Program-made: the position numbers and the translations under genes
In this document: piece after piece, positions 14,252 to 55,403 of the stretch
Position numbering within the stretch: position 1 is the stretch's first letter
Layout of the letters: the number at the start of each line of letters is the position of its first letter
Notes under the pieces: generated by a model
Told to the model about the DNA's origin: nothing
Database searches by the model: none
What the model saw: only the letters and a program-made list of their open reading frames with translations
Assembly: GCA_012295275.1 (NCBI GenBank)
Contig: CM022665.1
Coordinates: 6,882,001-6,946,000, forward strand
Source of the DNA: Chrysomallon squamiferum
Taxonomy: Eukaryota; Animalia; Mollusca
Length of the DNA: 64,000 nucleotides
Direction of reading: 5' to 3'

Positions 14252-15293
14252 TTTAAACAGTATCATCCAGGCATGGTTCAAACACTGCATAGAAAACGAA
14301 ACAATGCTATTGTTAAATTAACACATTTAATAGGTTTTCATTTATAACCAGATTACATCTGTTGTTTTATTACCACATCTAAACAACAACAACAGCCAAT
14401 AGTTTTACTGCTACTACTACTTCATACTGTAAATAAATAAACAAATAAGAAAAAAGAAGACGAGAAAGAAAAAACAGAAGAAAACAGGGCTACAAAATAC
14501 TCTACATATAAAAGGAACTATATAATAATAATAATAATAAAAACCTCCCCGAAATACTCCTAATAATTTATATAGAAAAGTCAAAAAAATAAAAAAATAA
14601 AAATTTAAAAATTAATTATATTTGATAGACAACAGAAAACGAACTGAATTATTGTCAGAGGGTACACAATAATATTATGATGAAATTTCTAATTCCGACA
14701 TATTCGATTAATCGTTGTCTCGGAAAGTCAACGGACGTAGTGAATCAGATGCATATTTGTCCTTTCATTCCTGCCAATATAAATGTGTCTCTGCAGCAGT
14801 ACTTCAACCTGCAGACGAAGGAAATGGCGCTTTAATTTGTGAAAATAGGAAACCGCGGTGGATGTAATTGCAGGGTCATCTTGACATGTGGCTCATGTCG
14901 ATTATCTGATTTGCTAGCCACATCTACGCATGCGCATGTCCTCTCGACGCGCTTAAAATTCTGATCAATCTGAACATTCCCATGAGTACACTCGTCACTG
15001 AGATTTGGTTGAGCGCGCTATTAAAAAAGTGGAAAATGTGAAATGAAAATCGCGGAGTTCGTAGTAGCGACGACCACAGAGAAATTACATTTGCTTCACT
15101 TGGCGTCCGTTATAATCAAATGAAAATGTTAAAAGCCTTCAAATTTGGTACAGATTTCATTGCTCAAATAAGCGTCAAGGCTTCATAGAGCTCATTAGTA
15201 TACCCAGTCTACCGACAAATTAATTATTCCTATATTTAATTTGACGAATAGTGGTAAAGAACTGACTATATCGTTAAATGATCGGTAAACATC

Positions 15294-15336
<43 letters not shown>

Positions 15337-15413
15337 CAACAACAATTTTATTTGTTCAATTTTGATATCTTCCAAAGTTATATTAAAAATACTTTTCAGA
15401 ATTTTCAGATTAA

Positions 15414-15455
<42 letters not shown>

Positions 15456-18400
15456 GCTGTGTGTCTGATTACTGTAATGCGTTAGACTGAAGCTAAATAT
15501 ATAAGAACAATAAATAGTGTAATTTTGATGAAAAATAAAAGTAAAATGATATCATGCTAAATATTATTAATTATATTTTACTGATTTGTAATTATTATAA
15601 ATTGCATGTTTGTGCTTTATCCTATAATTAACTGATAAATTGATACAGCCAGAACAATACGCCAAGAAATAAAGAACAGAGAGAACTAACTACTACTACT
15701 ACTACTAGTAGTAGTAGTAGTAGTAGTAAGATAGAACAAGAAAAAATGATTTTGTTTTGTCTAAAAATGATACTTATTATGTTTGTGTGTGGTAAAAAAG
15801 TTAACAATGTATATTTAAGTCTGGGTGTTACAGTAAAAACAAGAAACATAATTTTACATTCATTCATTTTATTTTTATTGTTCCTTTTATAGGTTATTTG
15901 TTACTACAGTGTGTGTTCAGCAGTGTAATATATATATATATATATATATATTGATACAGTTTGGTAGAAAATTTCTGCCGTTCATTACATGTTTTTATCT
16001 TTGAACGAAGGGAGATAACTTCAGAATATTTTCATTCTAACTGGACTAACAGTAGCGAAATGATAAAGGCAAAAGCAGCAAGTTAAATAACATAGTAATA
16101 CTACTAATAAAAGCACCATAAATATAAATATAGAAATATTAAACAAAGCAAATCAACAACAACACGGAAATATGAAAGAAGACAACAACGACAGCAACAG
16201 CAAAAACAAAAAGATTAAATAAATTTTGCAAACTAAAACCCATTAACAGATTTGGAAACAAATAAGCAAAACAAAACACATTTTACATTTAATTTACGTT
16301 TCGGTGGTCATCTGAAATACAATTCTCTAGCCCATTTAATAGTCCCTATTTAAAAAAAAAAAGAAGCTTTGATATGCTATAGCGAAAATGAAACCAGTAA
16401 CAAAATGGTCAAATATTCACAGCAAATATTTTTAAAAATAATAAGCTCTTAGTATTCGAACTCGTATATCTTCAGGATTCAACCTTTCAGAAGAATTATG
16501 AGCCAGGGAGATAAATGTAGAAGCGCATGCATAAAAAAACAAAAACAAAAAACAAAAAAAAACACTCCCTATTACACAATCACAATCCTCGCCAGAAATA
16601 TAATTATGTTAACCTCGGACGAACTCTTAGAAAGTCAGCTTATTAATTCTGACAATATTTTCTATACAATCAACAACCAATAGCTGCTACACCGCACACA
16701 AGTTATTTAATATATGGACCCAGGCAGTCTGCTAAAGCCATCATGTCTTTGTGGCATCAGTTCAACCTTGACCACCTGGCCATTGGCCTATCTAGCCGCA
16801 TGATGGTACTGACCGGAATGTTACGGGCAGTGATGTCAAAAGTTTAAACTTCGCAAGATTTTGGAACAATCTGAAAAGATTGCTGAGGGTAACACCCGAC
16901 GCATAAAAGATTGATGTTCGATTACTAATTTGTTAAGTCGTCGGTAACGGCATCATCATTACCATCATTATTATCACAGTTAGTTTTCTTGATTTTTGTC
17001 TTGTAATAAATATTACAACAGCAATAACAACAGTTATTGCTATCGTCATTATTATCACCATTATTGTTGATGTTGTTGTTGTAAGTTTTATTTTACACTC
17101 ATATTTACTATCATTATTTCTACCAAAGCAACAACAATAATTATTACTTCTACTACTACTACATTTATTTAGGTTTGTAAAAGTCTGCGGACCGCAGATT
17201 CCAATGGAATTATTCTGTGTAAGCGTTGATTACCTTTCACAGATCTATAGTGAGGGTGCGCACCACGTGATTGCATGTGATCTGGTTAATGTTGTTGTCA
17301 CTTGCCTTTGTTACGTTTTATTTAATTTATTATTTTCTAATAATTCATAGCCATTTTAAAACAAGCGATAATGACATTACGTAAAATAAAATTTGTTTAC
17401 GAGCATTAGGTTTAGCAATCAAAAGACAGATGTGATCTAAAGTATGGATTTATGAATATAATTAACTGGGTTCTGTATTTCTCATTAATTATTTTTCCAC
17501 GCTTCCAAGAACACTGATATAATTAATGTTTCTCGAGATAAATACAGTCAAAATATATGTACATAATTATATGGATCTCATTATTTTTCCACGCTTTCTC
17601 TAACATGCTTATATACATTGTGACTTAATGCATAATGAAATGAGATTTTACTAAAAGTGGAAACTGATTAATTCCTGCTCTTTTTCTTTTCTTTTTTTCG
17701 TTTTGTTATTTTAAAATTATATTATTATTATTATTATTATTACTTTTACATTAATTCTCCATATTCAAAGCTTTAAATAACTGATTAATATTAGCTTGTT
17801 AATTGTACAAAGCAGGTTATTAAAAAGCAGTGTCATCACGGATCTGGGTATAAATCTGAATTGTCCTCAACTATTGGATCAATACGTGACCGGTGTCCGA
17901 ATTTGACCCTTCGGACTGCAGTACAAGCCTGCCCTCGTGGTGACCCGAGGTGTTCATCAAAATAGACTGGAGACTGACAGATGCAGAACGAAATAAATGT
18001 GCTGAATGGAGTGACTTTCTCAGACATTGCTTTTAGAAAATCATATCTTGCTGCTTCTTACGTGCAAAATCATTGGTCTGGAAATGAAATGGCAGTTCAT
18101 TTTCCATCTGATCATAAGGATTCATACATAAGCAAACAAACACGTGTGCATACATGTACACACGTACACATACACGCACATCCATCCATCCATTCATACA
18201 TACATGCAAACATACATATATATATATATACATCAAGGACGTTGCCAGCTTTTAAAGTTAAGGGGAGCGAGAACATAAAAAAAGGCGCCAAGACACGTGC
18301 CGAATATTTTTAAAATGCATTATAAATTCTTATTTTGTATTTAAAATCAAACCACAATTTAAAAAAGAAGCATAATAAAAATATCGTCATTTTGTTTTAA

Positions 18401-19926
18401 ATTTAACTAAAATAATTACATACATACATAAATACATACATATATTTGACCTACTTAAGATATTATTCAGTTTCAATGTATTGGATATACGACGGGAGAG
18501 AAAAACATCGAAAGTTTTCAAAAAACGTTTTCGAGTTAATTATATTTTCTCTTCAGAAGGTTTTTATGACTTAACATTCCAGACAGGTAAATTAGTAAGA
18601 TAACAAACACGAATTTTAGGTTTTGATATTTAAATGAGACCAGAAAAAAAAATGATGTCCGTATCTTTGTCTCGGAACAGCAGATTTCATTCAAACATGT
18701 TATACCAGTTTCACATTATTTTAATAGCCTAACAATCAAAATAAAATCGGCATGGAATTTTTGTGACTTCCGGTCTTTCATAGTACCTGTAGTATACGTT
18801 ACTCTGTTTCCAGGTTGAACTTACCGGAAATTGCCTATGGGAGGTTGATTCTTTAGGTTTTGAAATGCGTTCAAGCGTTCGGGTTATAACTTAAATAGTG
18901 TTTGTTGCAGCTTTTACGAGCATGTGAAAATATTTACTGTTCGCAAACATTATGTTTTTAGATTTATTTATTTATTTATTTTGTTTTCCTGTTTATTATC
19001 AGAGAACTTAAACTGTAGCCGAATCGCCCGCCCATTTTGTTAAAACAGATAAAGAAAGACGAAAGTACACTATCTAGTACATACTAACGAAATGATGTCA
19101 TATCGAGAGAAAAAATGTCTGAACACTGCGCAGAATGTGTATATGAGTAATTTAAGATTTTGTAGAGATGGTATCTAATACAAATAACAGTGCTACATTA
19201 TGTTCAAATATAATCGTGTGAAGCGCGATTCTTAAAATTACTGTTAGAAATGTTTTAACACCACTTTTCTTCTCAGTGGATTGGGGTTCCATTATTAAAA
19301 CTAATCGGATACTCCTGAACGCACCGCGCAATAACTGGTTTGTAGCACAGGGGAAACAACTCTCTTCGCTGACTTTATTTATGATTAATTTTTCCACAAA
19401 TTACGTAATTATATAGCTGTTCCTTATTATGTAATACTGTTTTGGGAATATGCATAATGAAAAAAAGAACCTGTAAATTAATATAGGTAATTTATTTTCG
19501 CTCTTTTGGTCAAGTAATATGACAGTGTTTTTGGAGTTAGGCTTGAAGCGAAAGAGATCTAATAAAGTTACTGATTCAAGCCTGAGTAATAACTATTGGT
19601 GAAGAACTTAATGTTATTTACAAATAAAATCTAAATGGACGAATAGAAAACATCTTCAGAATAGTTCGTATGTTGTAAAATATTCTAGATGTAAATTTAG
19701 ATTTAATAACTGTTTTGTAGAATGATATTTTATTGGTCACATTTCACTATTTTATTGTAACCAATCAAAACTTTTCATATGTTTTATATTTTAATGACAA
19801 ATTTAAAGGATAAATCAAAATATAAGACAAATTAAAGGATAAAGAAATATAAGATAATATTGTAAATTTCTAACATTAAACAGAACACAACGTTAAAACG
19901 GAGATAAAATGTGTAGTAGTTTTATA

Positions 19927-19928
<2 letters not shown>

Positions 19929-19987
<59 letters not shown>
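19929..19987. repeat. (TA)n microsatellite
   Basis: Pure TA run. Confidence 0.97.
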
Positions 19988-19990
<3 letters not shown>

Positions 19991-20779
19991 TGGAATGGCT
20001 AAACATTTAAGAATTGATACCGAACCTCGGTAAACATTTGCTCTCTAATATTAAATAACTGAGAATGAAAGATAACCCAGCAATGTTTTAACTATACCTT
20101 TTCAGTAAATGGTTTACAGGTTTAAAAATAACGGATTCTACACTTGTATAAAGCTGATCAAAACAGGAAACTCACCCTAGCATAGATTATTCTTTTTGAT
20201 TAGTATCCCATTTATCTTAGCATTAAAAAAACACTACGAAGTTTGATAAACTTTGTCAAGGAAACTAAAACAGGGAATAGATTTATAACAACAAATTATT
20301 TCTGGCGAATGTACTAATTTACAATAGTAATTTAATTTACAAATAGTGACAATGTCATGCACAATTATTAGTTAAAATCTTTAAATGATTCTAGTCTAAA
20401 ATAGGTTATCTCCCTTTATTTGTCTTCAAATAAATGAGTTTAAATGAACAAAAGAATATTTGTTTAACGGGACAGTTCATTTCTGTTTTATACAAACTAC
20501 TAAACAAAAAATATGTATTAACTTTTAAATATTTTAATTATTTTAACAGCTATACACAGATTAACAGTGGATTATCAGCTAATTGATTTCTATGTATGAA
20601 ATACTGAAACCACACTAGGTATTAGTGGAAATTTGAAATACATAATAAATAATTTGTTGAAGGAAAAAAAAAAAAGAAATACTAATAATAAATGAAATAA
20701 AATAAAATAAATAATTAAATAAAAAAATGTAAAATAAAAGAAAAGAAAGAAAAAGAAAATGAAAAGAAAAAGAAAAGAA

Positions 20780-20810
<31 letters not shown>

Positions 20811-21051
20811 ATTATTTCTCTTTGATTTCTTGATCTCATTCCATAATAAAATTAGTTCTATTTTGTTAATGAAATTTTAACATTAACTAAACATCAGAAA
20901 TAATGCTTCTAAAAGAAAATAATCCTACAAATAAAATAAATAATAAAAAATAAATAACAATAATAATAAGAACAACAACAACAAAAAAGAAATCTTAAAA
21001 GAAAAATGAAAATAATAAAAAGATGAAAAAAAATGTATGCATGTTGTTTAT

Positions 21052-21085
<34 letters not shown>

Positions 21086-22039
21086 TGTTTTTATGTTTAT
21101 TTGTAAAAGCTTGTAAAAGCTATGAAAACCATAGATTTGACTGTAAACTATTTGTTCAGAGTAATACAAATTTTTTCTATATCTACAATTGTATTTGTTC
21201 AGAAATTTTTCTGCTTAATTTTTTTAAATTTATAATTACCTCTTATTTCCGTATCATGTGTTGCTCAGGTCTTACTCTTTTTCATTTGTCTTCGTCTACA
21301 TTCTTCCTCCATTGTCTGATATATTATGCAGTTTTTACTTCATATAAATAGCAGCGTGATCCAGTGACACCTATTTTGACAATATTAGTCAGCCTACAGC
21401 AGCTGTTGACAGATATGATTCAACATTCTGTCATCAGCACTATACTGTGATCCATTACTGACATTTTTAATTTTTTAATTTATATTTTTTTATTATTATT
21501 TTTCTTAATTTTAACCGTTATACAGTAATATAACTGATATAATATTCTGATGTAATGGATTATTATTTGTTACTTTCTCTACTTATTTCTATGAACTGTC
21601 TGTGATACCAAGATGTAAATATGGATTTCTTCATGTTTAGAAATTAATTAGCAACCTTGTTTGTGATTTCAAGACTCGGAACATAATGAACATCAGAGTC
21701 ATGTTAACTTTGTTTATATGTATGATGTGTCCTGACAGAAAAAATGTGGTAAGTGAACACATGTAGTAGTAACATTATTATGTATGGCCACGTTTTTTTT
21801 TTTTTTTTTTTTTTTCTTTTAAAAAAAAAAAAAACAAAAAAACCAGCACTTCAATTATTATTCTTTTTTTTTTCCCTGATTATTAAATTTAAATAAAATA
21901 CACATACAAAAACATTTATTTTACAATATAGCAACTGTTAGTCAGAGGAGCAAGAAACAATTGATAATTAAATTCTTCCATCAGCGATATAAGTTTCTTC
22001 AGGTGTCTTCCATATATAAATTAACAATGTAACCAGCAG

Positions 22040-22077
<38 letters not shown>

Positions 22078-22299
22078 TAAATAAATAAATAAATAAATAA
22101 AATCAATTTAGGATGAAATTTTACCTCTTCAAATAAATTCATTCATAGTGGCACTACTGTTCAGAAGGTTTGATCGTACGTTTTGTTAGGGTATCATCAT
22201 AAGAATATTTCAGAATCGGTAGTAAGTCCAAAATAAGGTATCAGTAAGTAGCTAGAGTGATTTGAAGGGAGGGTGGTCAAATAAACGAATGTATCATTT

Positions 22300-24250
22300 C
22301 ACCCAAACAAATGATTAGTTTATGAAATAAGAAAGTATGTCTCCCATATAGTTTTGCATAAGTGATTAAATTAATTCTAGCAGTTTTGAAGGATTGCTAG
22401 TAATGACATTTCCAGAAAAAATGAATGACTGATTATCATGAGATGCCATTATCAAAATGGGGTCTTTGGATTTTGATAGTGAATGGTGTAAATCAGTATA
22501 TGCATTTGTCCATGATGGTATACATGGTATTGTACAGACAAAATTATGTACGATGGTTGCCATTCTCTCAGACATGAGCTTCCTTGCACAATACTCAGGT
22601 TAGTGAGCTGTTCATGAATGGCTCTATCAATCATTCAGTGGGGCAGACAAAATGGTGTAAATGATGATACAATGATCAAATTTTGTAAATTTGTTCTTCA
22701 GGGGATTCTAATCAAATCTGCCTGATAGGACATTTTTCAAGATGGCCGTCGAGTTAGCCTCCCAAAGTTGACTTTTTGGTTAGAAGTATTTGTAGTTGTC
22801 CAACTTGCATAATCTATGTGTGGATTCTGATGCTTTAAAGCCTGCGGGTGCCTAACCTGGTGGCTATCTTGGATTTTCCTATTATCTACAACATTATATT
22901 TATTTAGTCATATCTGGACAGACAAGACTCTGGAGCAAATGATTAACTTTGATTAAAAAAGAGAAATAGTTAAATAGTTGGAATCACACAAAAGGTGATA
23001 CTTTAAAGCAGGCAAGGACAAGCTTTTTCGAAAAGCAGGCCACTTGAGACATGGCTCATCCTCAGGCAGGCCGCAGGTACTAATGTTTTTGTGTTTTTAT
23101 GTAGAGTTTATTTTAAGAAGTTTTTCATTTTCATTTACTTCAGGAACTGTTATAATAAAAAAAATGACATAAACATGCCAATGAAACTCATGCCATCAGA
23201 ACTTACTTCAAACCCATTTGTGATTTGAGTGTCTGTTTGTTAACATTTCTACCGAATAGGGAACATTTTGGGTGGCTATCTCTCCCATATGTCTTGCACA
23301 TTGTCATAGAAGCTCTGGAAATGTGCCAAGAGTGTTTAACCTCTGAAAATATGTCTGTTTCAATTGCTATGTAATGGACGGTATGGCAACTTTCACCGAG
23401 AAAATTTTGTTAGCAATCCTAAAATCAAAGATAATTTTGTAGCATTTTCTGTGAAAGATGGTGAAATACAGCTCCTGAGGTAATGCCTTATGATAAAACA
23501 GTTATTCTTGATGGTGGTTTTAAAGATAATTTGGATGTAGTTGTAATTTCATGAGCTAAATCAGAACCAGTTAATGATTTAGATCAGATTATGAAGAGGC
23601 AGTTTATCTTGAATGCATGGCATGCAACCATAGACAAAAGTAGTAATACAGTCTTCTATCAATATGCTCATCCAAGCCAGTTAATTGTCATGAGCTGTGG
23701 TTTCAAACAGGTACCAAACAAATTTACACTGCATACAAAAAGGCTGGGACCCTTTGCTATGTGCTATCCCTTCAAGTTTCTTCACCCTCACTGATTATGA
23801 TAGCATTGTGCCTTATCTGGAAGAGATAAAAATAAAGCCTTCACCATGCTGAAGACATTAGAATTATTCCAGCAAAAATCCAGTAATTAGGAGAAAGCAT
23901 TTGTTTGACAATAACTGAAGTGAAATTTTTCGTGAAGGTTGTTTATGCTGTGTATGGGTCAAAATCATGTAGAAACACGGTCAACATTATAAACAGACAA
24001 ATAAAAATGTACTAACTTTAACAAAGGACAAAGACTCTCAGCCATCATTTAGCTCTTGTAAACTCCTGGGATGATGCCAAGATTAAATCTACCATCAAAC
24101 CTTCTGAAAACTAGGGATACTACTAAAACATTTACTTTAGCTGCATCATCTCCTGAACGAAGCTGTCGTACTGTCCAAAACAGTTGCACATAAACTGATA
24201 TTCATTTTATTCTTTTCATCTAGAACAATAGATTACATAAAAAATGAACC
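22300..24250 (+). mobile_element. Decayed DNA transposon, probably Academ (XPG/FEN1-like nuclease type); boundaries approximate
   Basis: Frameshifted + strand fragments in the expected order: NPF..FVNIST (~23210), NCYVMDGMA (~23362), NFVSNPKIKDNF, KTVILDGGF, SDYEEA/FILNAWHA (~23583; cf. HEEADTRxxLHAxHA), ELWFQTGT (~23690), ALSGRDKNKAF (~23810; cf. GCDTTSAFxGKGKK). CAAGATGGCCG and GCTATCTTGGATT motifs at 22738-22875. Family assignment is from recalled motifs, not a search. Confidence 0.55.
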
Positions 24251-27200
24251 ATACTAATATTTCTGAAAAATGACATTTTTCAGCAATGTAACCACGACTG
24301 GTGTTCAAATATTAAAGACTTTTTCAGGTATTGAAAAATAATGTTGTGCACATCAGGACAAAAACATTATCACACTGAGAAACTACTTTAGCTAAAACAA
24401 ATATATAAAGTATCGCTTCCATTTGTTCTTTAACCTTCACTAGCAGTTTTAAACCAAAATTGTCTACAGTTTCAGCAATAGTATTAAAGATAGCGGACTA
24501 CATCGAATAATTAAAAAAAAAAAAAAAAAAAGAATGCTTGCAAATAAATAGTATATTGGAATGGCCAGTTTTAACTATAGGATCCACAAGATGAATACAT
24601 GGACAATTGAAATTATTCTCCCATATGTGAGTTGAATTGTAATAAATAGACTAAATACTCTTTCAGAGATCTCTCATCTCACGTGATTAGAAAAGCAGAT
24701 CATTATATGGATTATATTAAGAGGTTTGAACATTTTTACTAGCGCCAGTTTTCAGCAAATTACTGTTTTATTTTTGTGATAATAATCCTCAAATATAAAC
24801 GCTAATTACAATCTAAGAATCTTTGAAAATACATCTGTGTAGGAAATGTCTATTTAATTGCGTAATTACGTGCTTTTTTGTTATACTTTATTGTTAGCAA
24901 AGATTCGTTAATACTAACGTTGCTGATAATAAATTGCCAATGATCAAATATATATATACACGATTAGCGACAAAATAAACCAGTTAGAGAAAGTACGGAA
25001 GAATTCTTAGTTTGACACCGTTTTAACTAAAGGTGCAGTGAGATATATGAGACGTAAATTGAAATAAAATATATATAGAAAAAGTAGTCAGTGATACCAC
25101 ACATTTACGATTATTATTCGTGCGTGTCGCAAACAATCGGAATGGCGGGGCCCGTAACATAATTAACTTCTCAGTCCACTGTAGATAAAATAGGCTATTG
25201 TAGAGGTTGGAGATTATTGTCAAATGCGGTGTCTGTTGACGAAACGTAATGGTTTAGCAATTTACACGCCTCAACGTAAATAAACCAACAGATAAATAAA
25301 TAAATAGTTGTAGTAGTAGTAGTAGTAGTAATAAGTAAGTCAAGTAAATAAATAAATAAATATAATAGTTTGCAGTAGTGGTAGTGATTGTAGTAGTGGT
25401 GGTGATAAATAAATAAATAAATAAATAACAAGAACTGAAGTACATTGGCGGTGGTCTGCGTTGTAACAGAAAACTAGACAGTAAAACAACGCAGTAAACT
25501 GACACCAGTATCCGAGCTGTTCCGCGTGACTATGACAGGTGTTTTTTTTTTTTTTTTTTTTTTTTTGTTGTTGTTGTGTTATCACTGACAGCTCTGTACA
25601 ACAACTTCCTCATTCATTATCTTATGGGATAATGTTAAAAAAAAAAAAAAAAATAAAATAACAGAATAATGAAACCAAAATTATGTTTCTCGTTTCAGCA
25701 CTAGCTGGTGTTTATTTATTGTCATTGTTAATGAAAATTTGCATCATAATAGCTATAACAGTTACTTAAATTACAGAAATCCTAGATTTGAAATAGTTTT
25801 AGTCTGATGTAAGTATTATTATTTCACTCCCCAGTTTAATGAGAAAATTATGCAGTGTTTTTATTAGATTTATTTAAAAATGAAAAATAATAAGAAAGAA
25901 AGAAAGAAAGAGAAAAAAAAAAAAAAACAAACAAAACAAACAAAAAGCGAACAGAACTTAAAATTCACATTCAGTTGATATCTCTACCTCTACAGGCTGA
26001 TTAGTCATAAAGTAATTTAGATAGATAACACAATGATCAGAGATTTTATTTCTCTTTAGATCAACAACTACGCTAGAAGGAAGTAACATAATAATGATAG
26101 TCAATATCGCTAACTCTTTTCTTTTGTATTGTTTGGGGGGGGTGAATGGGTGGGTGGGTAAATCGCAAATAATACTGATTTTAGTTACACCCATTGAAAC
26201 AGGGCAGTACTTGTTTCTTAATCCAGGGTTGGGGAGGGTGGGGGTGTGGATTGTGGTGAAGGGTCTGTTCAAACAGGACACTACTTCCAATTATGTAGGG
26301 TGTAACAACTGTATTAAGTTAAATATATGATAATGTGTGGATTTTATCAAAAGTTTACTAAACCATGTAGACTGCCGTATTGTCATGAACATTTATAATT
26401 TTATATCGTACAAATTTCGTTAATAGAAGAACTAACATTTTCTACCTGCTGTCAAGACAGGTATTTTATATTTTAGATAACACCAAGCAATATTTGTTTT
26501 CTAACACATTAGTCCAAGACTGTGTACACAAGAATGTCGTGTGTGATTGAAATTTTACTGAGTGAAACCCAACACTGACATGATCTCATACCAGCACTGA
26601 ATACATTATGATAATGTTATTGATATTATTGTTAAGCATGTACTGTTGATTTTATCAGTATCAGTGTTCATCATACTTCCTGATTTATCGGTGTTAGGGC
26701 TTGACACATTCTTTATTACATTAATGTTGGTAGGAGACGACAAAACAAAATTATTAAAACATTTAAAAGAGGTCTACTCGAATAATCTTTCACCTAATAC
26801 ATGGGTTTTTTGAGGCACGAACACAGTACCTGTCAATTACTAAGCTAATCACCAATGTCCCCCCACCCCGCCTGTTTATTTTATGGATCGCTTTAAATAT
26901 TAATTACACCACCTCTTTTCATTTTTGAACCGCCGAAAAACTTAAAAAAGTCACGAACTACGATCGTGTGTGTTCGAGATGACTAGTTTATTTGTCTGGT
27001 GAATATTTTGCGCTCAGTTAAATATATGAACAGCAGTTTTGTTGTTGTTGATGTATACAGTTGTACGATACTTATTTTGACTTGATTCGAACTAATTTGT
27101 ACATTGACAGCATGAAATTAAAAAGGCCAGCAGACGTTACCGAGCAGTAATTTGTTGCTATAGTATTAAAACTTATTGAAACGATTGTTTGTAAGCGTTC

Positions 27201-27305
27201 GTAAATCTGTAGTGGAATTTAAGAGGTGGTTTTATTTACTTAACGGAATACGTTGCGAAACAGAGATTACTCAAGTCAGACAACGCCAGAGCGCTCGCTA
27301 ACAGA

Positions 27306-53385
<26,080 letters not shown>

Positions 53386-53790
53386 CACAACAAAATACAG
53401 ACTATACCTGAAACTAGTTATTTCTTTATGTTATTTGTAACAAACTATTATGTGATACCTTAATGTAATTCTGTAACCACATATTTATAGTTATGTACTC
53501 AAGAATAATTATTTTTATCATAATTTGAAATACAAAAACACTTTCTTTGACATTGATTATAATATTATTATGAGTATTTGTGTCTGTACATGTATGTTAT
53601 TATTATATTAATTACACGTAAGTATTCACCTATTAATCCATCCATTATTTTTACAAGTTGACCATCACTGGAACCTATAGGGTGCCAGATAATGATTTTG
53701 CCTAATTACTTACTGTTACATCACACTTGACCCAACATCTAACCACTTCAAACCACTTTAAAATACCCTGTAAATCAGAAAATATTTGTT

Positions 53791-53863
53791 AATAAAGGTG
53801 CAAGTTAAATTAAATGAAAATATTAAAAAATACTTTGTAAATCAGAATGTGTTTGTTAATAAA
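53791..53863 (+). terminator. Candidate polyadenylation signals of the RPTP gene (two AATAAA in a local ~67-bp duplication)
   Basis: tgtaaatcagaa...tttgttAATAAA occurs twice (AATAAA at 53791 and 53858), ~400 nt after the stop codon. Confidence 0.4.
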
Positions 53864-55315
53864 AGAAAAAAAAAAAAAATTAAATGAAAATCAAGTCAAA
53901 TTTTAATGAAATCAGATAAAATAAAGGTGACAGTTATAGTAACTGTGTTGACTTACTACATAAGAAACGTATTTCCACTTCCAAACTGAAGGATTTCAAA
54001 TTGTTCTTGTGGAGATTAATGACATTACTGACTGCCGGATAAGTGATGGTCAAACTGTATAACACCATGTATTTTTTTATGACTTCATTCATTTATTCCA
54101 TGCATCCATTATTTCATTTGTAAGTTACATACATTCCATACATTGTCATTCGACTTGGATTTACAATCCTAATGTGGTTCCATTGCTTAAAAGCCGGTAA
54201 CACCTCGTACCTTCTTCAACTTACACATACTTTAAACCTGCCCGGTTTCTTCAGTTTATTATTATATTTTAAAACATACTTATTATGAACATTTAAAATA
54301 CTTAATCTTTTTCAGTTAATTACTGGAAGTACTAAAATATCTGACAACCGTTATATTAACAGAATGTCAGACTAGCCATATATAGGCCCGAAGATTGATC
54401 TTTGGACTGCTCTTACCACACAGCCTAGACCTCCCAAGTGAAATTATTAATAATGATTATTTTCAAAAATTTAAGATGTTTAAAACAGTGGGCAAAGCTT
54501 CATTGAGGAGATTGTATATGGTTAATTACTGTGTAATATGAAGATAGATAGATCTATGTACATATATGTATTTGTTTAATGTTATATTGATTATGTATTG
54601 TTAACAACCGGTTCGAATATTCAAGATCCGGTTCACATAAACCGGTGCGAACCGCCTGGATCCCACCAATATGTATGGCGTGATGTGTTTTTATGTCACG
54701 CGTCAGTAAAAATACTAAATGGATTTTTGCATATAAAAAGAAGCTTTGTATTCATTTTATACATTTGTGATAAATATAAAGATTTGTTATGCCTGGTAGC
54801 AAAAAAACTAATAAAAATTATGATATACTTACAGATGAAATATGTAGTGTATTGTTTTAATTTCTGATAATCATCATTTTACTTCATTCTTCATGACATT
54901 TTAAGTTTACTTTAGAGATAATAATAAGACGAAGAATAAGAATAAGAACTATTTAATAATAATAATGTGAAGGTTTTTGAGATGATATAACTTGCAATTT
55001 GGATCGGGTAAACACTGAAAAACTTTCCTAAAGTAGCAATTACCTTTACGTATTGTCAGAATTAACTACAACAGATGTTAAAAACATTCACACATACACA
55101 AAACAAAACAAACAAACGAAATAAGAAATTATATTCCGATTAACATGTGGATTTTGAAATACACACAATGCGAACGAAAGCATTTGTTCAAGGCCAGCCC
55201 TCTCCTCATCTCGCTGTGTATGTTTGTATGCATTTTCTCATTTTAGTTGTTTTAATTTTATTCAGATTCGTAACCACGATCTCATTTTCCTGGAGATGAT
55301 AATAACATATGCCCA

Positions 55316-55317
<2 letters not shown>

Positions 55318-55400
<83 letters not shown>
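55318..55400. repeat. (CT)n microsatellite
   Basis: Pure CT run. Confidence 0.97.

Positions 55401-55403
<3 letters not shown>

Noticed and set aside
342-26330. Many 60-110 aa ORFs with poly-I, VCVC, THTH, ERER or YLFI runs
   Set aside because: Translations of microsatellites and low-complexity AT tracts; no splice or homology support.
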